Positions 60,901 through 64,000 of a stretch of 64,000 bases of DNA are shown piece by piece. The notes under the pieces are model-generated. The model saw only the letters and a program-made list of their open reading frames with translations. It had not been told where the DNA came from and did not search any database. The DNA lies in contig CM069160.1 in NCBI GenBank assembly GCA_035221665.1, positions 6,510,001-6,574,000 on the forward strand. The letters are read 5' to 3'. The first letter of the stretch is position 1, and every line of letters starts with the position of its first letter. A program made the position numbers and the translations under genes. Source of the stretch: Okamejei kenojei. Lineage: Eukaryota.

Positions 60901-61354
60901 GAATCATCGTTATTAGGTAGCATATATTTAATTCATCTATATAAGTAAAAGTCTCATCTTGACCACTTCATGTCTGGGCTGCATATTTAGTTTAGAAAAA
61001 AGCTACCATGTATCGCTATGAGTGTTGGCCATCTTACGCACAGTCTTCCTCCGCTAAGGCAGCCCCGATCATTTTTCCGATCGACGAAATATAAAAAAAC
61101 TATGAGTGTTTAAAAAATCTTGAGATCAGCTGATTGATCATCTCACCTGTCAATCACCACGGTGAAAGTAACGCCCCGTCCGGGGGCAGGACTATAAAAC
61201 CCCGTATGCCTGGACGTGAGTCAGTCGCTTTGGAGGATCGCAACGGAGAGTTATAACTGTGATTCTAATCTGTGAATCAACTGAACAGCGAGTCTGGAAT
61301 GTCCTTGCAATAAGCGATTCGTTAGCACTCAATGACAATGCATTAAAATACTTG

Positions 61355-61925
61355 CAATTTGGTGGTCTGCACTCTGTTTGAAATGCTATGAAATTGAATT
61401 TGCTGGCTTGCACTCTGCTTGAAATGATATGAGATTGCGTTTGATGTCCTGCACTCCTCTTGAAATGCTATGAAATTGAGTTTGGTGGCCTGCACTCTTC
61501 TTGAAATGCTATGAAATTGAGTTTGGAGGCCTGCACTCTGCTTGAAATGCTATGAAATTGAATTTGCTGGTCTGCACTCTGATTGAAATGATATAACATT
61601 GAGTTTGGTGGCCTGCACTCTGCTTGAAATGCTATGAAATTAAGTTTGGTGACCTGCGCTCTGCTTGAAATGCTACGAAATTGAGTTTGCTTGTCTGCAC
61701 TCTGCTTGAAATGCTCTGAAATTGTGTTTGGTGGCCTGCACTCTTCTAGAAATGCTATGAAATGGACTTTGATGGCCTGCGCTCTGCTTGAAATGCTATG
61801 AAATTGAGTTGGATTACCTGCACTCTGCTTGAAAAGCTATGAAATTGAATTTGGTGGCCTGCACATTGCTTGGAATGATATGAAATTGAATGTGGTGGCC
61901 TGCACTCTGCTTGAAATGGAATTTC
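61355..61925 (+). repeat. 41-bp tandem array GCACTCTGCTTGAAATGCTATGAAATTGAGTTTGGTGGCCT
   Basis: About 14 copies with no unique spacers. Confidence 0.93.
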
Positions 61926-61937
61926 AAGGAATAGCCG

Positions 61938-62130
61938 TGAGTGAACTGCCAGCCCACCAACCCTGATCTGCCAACCCAACAGCTCTGAGTGACTGAGCAG
62001 CCAGCCCACCAGCCTTGTGTGACTGCGCTGCCACCCCACCCGGCCTGAGTGACTGAGCTGCCAGACTACCAGACCTGAGTGACTGAGCTGCCAACCCACA
62101 AGGCCTAAGTGATTGAGCTGCCAGCCCACA
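61938..62130 (+). repeat. ~30-bp tandem array GAGTGACTGAGCTGCCAGCCCACCAGCCT
   Basis: About 6 copies. Confidence 0.85.
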
Positions 62131-63174
62131 ATCAATTAGCCCATAATGTCCATACTAGCCCTCTAGAAACCAGTCCCTTCGGCCCAAAACACCTATATTC
62201 GCGCTCCAGAAATCCATTCCCTTGCTGGCCAAAATATTGGAATTGGTGGAGGTGGAATATTACGTTGGGGGACCAGCCCTCCCGTGTGAACATGGGACCC
62301 AACGGGTCACACTTAGTCTAGTGTGTTCAATAACTGTATACATCACCGTCTATATCTCTCCTTTCCCTTTGCACCGAATCACCATTTACAGAAGGGTCAC
62401 AGCCCAAAACATCATGCATCCCGTCTCTCCGGAAATGCTGCCTGTCCCGCAGAGTTTCTCCGGCACTTTATGTCAATTTTCGCCCAGGAGCGAAGGGGTT
62501 TATAGATAATCGCCGAGACTCTCCGTTCCATTATACCGTCTCAATTTCAAATTAGCTGTTCTGAGCGGTGTGCCGTATCTAGAGGGATTGATGTAAATAT
62601 TTGAAAAAATAAATTATTAACCAATTCAGAACAACGCTGGCTTGTTATCCGTGGTAAAATCTTTCCGAACTATCATTGTAACCGTTTTTTGTGTTTGGGT
62701 ATCGAGTGTGTTCGTAAATTCACAATATGTATCCATTTGGTATGGGTTTCATCGACGCGTTGAGCAATGTAACTCTAACTGTATCCCCAGCAATTGTAAC
62801 TGTGGATAGCACTGGTAACAGTAGCCAGCACAATATAGACTTCCATCGATTATTTTTTTATTTCTCTCGCCATACACGCACGGACAGAGAGAGAGAGAGA
62901 GAGAGAGAGTAAGATATATTTATATCAATTTCTCCCTGTCTCTATCTCTCTCTCTCACACACATACACACATACTCACACACGTACATACTCACACTCAC
63001 AAACGCATACACNNNNNNNNNNNNNNNNNNNNNNNNNNNNNNNNNNNNNNNNNNNNNNNNNNNNNNNNNNNNNNNNNNNNNNNNNNNNNNNNNNNNNNNN
63101 NNNNNNNNNNNNNNNNNNNNNNNNNNNNNNNNNNNNNNNNNNNNNNNNNNNNNNNNNNNACGATACAATAGACA

Positions 63175-63785
63175 ATATAAAAAAGGTGCAGGAGTAGGTC
63201 ATTCGGCCCTTCGAGGCAGCACCGCCATTCAATGTGATCATGACTGATCATCCCCAATCAGTGCCCCGTTCCTGCCTTCTCCCCATATGCCCTGACTCCG
63301 TTATCTTTAAGAGCCCTGTCTAGTTCTCTCTTGAAAGTATACAGATAACCGGCCTCCACCGCCATCTGAGGCAGATTATTTCACAGACTCACAACTCTCT
63401 GTGAGAGAACGTGATTCCTCGTCCCCGTTATTAATGGCTTACCCCTTATTCTTAAACTGTGGCCCCTGGTTCTGCAATCCCCCAACATCGGGAACAAATT
63501 TCTTGAGTAGTGGGGTACCGCAATGCTCGGTGATGGCAGTGTAAACAGTGGGGAGGATAGTATGAGAATGCAGGGTGACTTGGACAGGATGGGAATGTGG
63601 GAAGGTGCATGGCAGATGATGTGTAATATGGATAAATGTGAGGGTATACACTTTGGTGCAATTTCAACACCACGAAGGCAGATTACTATCTAAATGGCGT
63701 CAAGTTGGCAAAAGGGGAGGTACAACGGGATCTGGGAGTCCTTATCCATCAGTCAATGAAAGAAAGCATGCAGGTACATCAGGCC
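63175..63785. mobile_element. Two CR1-type fragments (- 63175-63500, + 63525-63785)
   Basis: Standard tail in reverse; DKCEGIHFG...KGEVQRDLGVLIHQSMK. Confidence 0.8.
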
Positions 63786-64000
63786 AACATTATCCAATCG
63801 TCTTGCTTCCAGCATTTATTGCTACGTTATACTCTTCTATTTTATTGTTATACTGCCCCTGACGTCCCGTGTCAGCCACGGTCGCTCCTTACTCCCCTTG
63901 GAATTTTTCTTCCTCTTTGGAATGATCTGCTCCGACACTTTCTGTAAGATCCCAGATTTTCACGCCATTGGTGTTCCACTATCATACCTGCTAGCGTATA

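Larger units (their letters stand above)
60936..62321 (+). mobile_element. Non-autonomous Helitron-like element carrying two tandem arrays
   Basis: A|TCTATATAAGTAAAA 5' end; hairpin GACCC-AAC-GGGTC, then ACTTAGT-CTAG|T; no TSD. Confidence 0.82.

Noticed and set aside
61355-61925. CRISPR-like regularly spaced repeats
   Set aside because: Units are contiguous with no unique spacers, there are no cas genes, and the context is eukaryotic
62770-62873. Signal-peptide-like frame on the - strand (RWKSILCWLLLPVLSTVTIAG)
   Set aside because: Needs a homopolymer correction to connect to the ATG, has only a weak donor, and no downstream exon was found

Overview
Vertebrate genomic DNA, almost certainly from a cartilaginous fish and probably a skate or ray (inferred from the elasmobranch-type CR1/SINE/Penelope repeats and a shark UAA-type MHC class I). 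It is a gapped scaffold with indel-rich patches. Host genes: (1) the last four coding exons of a cytosolic sulfotransferase on the - strand (8706-27044), with frameshifts, a stop and a GA donor as assembled; (2) an 8-exon MHC class I heavy-chain gene on the + strand (ATG 35613, stop 50578, polyA signal 52109), with intact alpha1-alpha3 exons, a W147L substitution and a transmembrane exon that is out of frame as assembled; (3) probable decayed NLR-type LRR exons at about 32.6-33.1 kb. Mobile elements: the 5' half of a class I ERV (tRNA-Pro PBS, gag-amber-pro) with an inverted solo LTR of the same family, a structurally complete DIRS tyrosine-recombinase retrotransposon (12211-16861), three non-autonomous Helitron-like elements with different cargo, Gypsy fragments, Penelope fragments with minimal hammerhead-ribozyme relics, a long APE-RT LINE, and many CR1/SINE pieces. 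Nothing here is demonstrably a new biological system. The best leads are the possibly soluble or non-classical class I gene with its E-box minisatellite intron, the Helitron family, and the LRR remnants. All coordinates were read by eye, and repeat boundaries are approximate unless termini are quoted.
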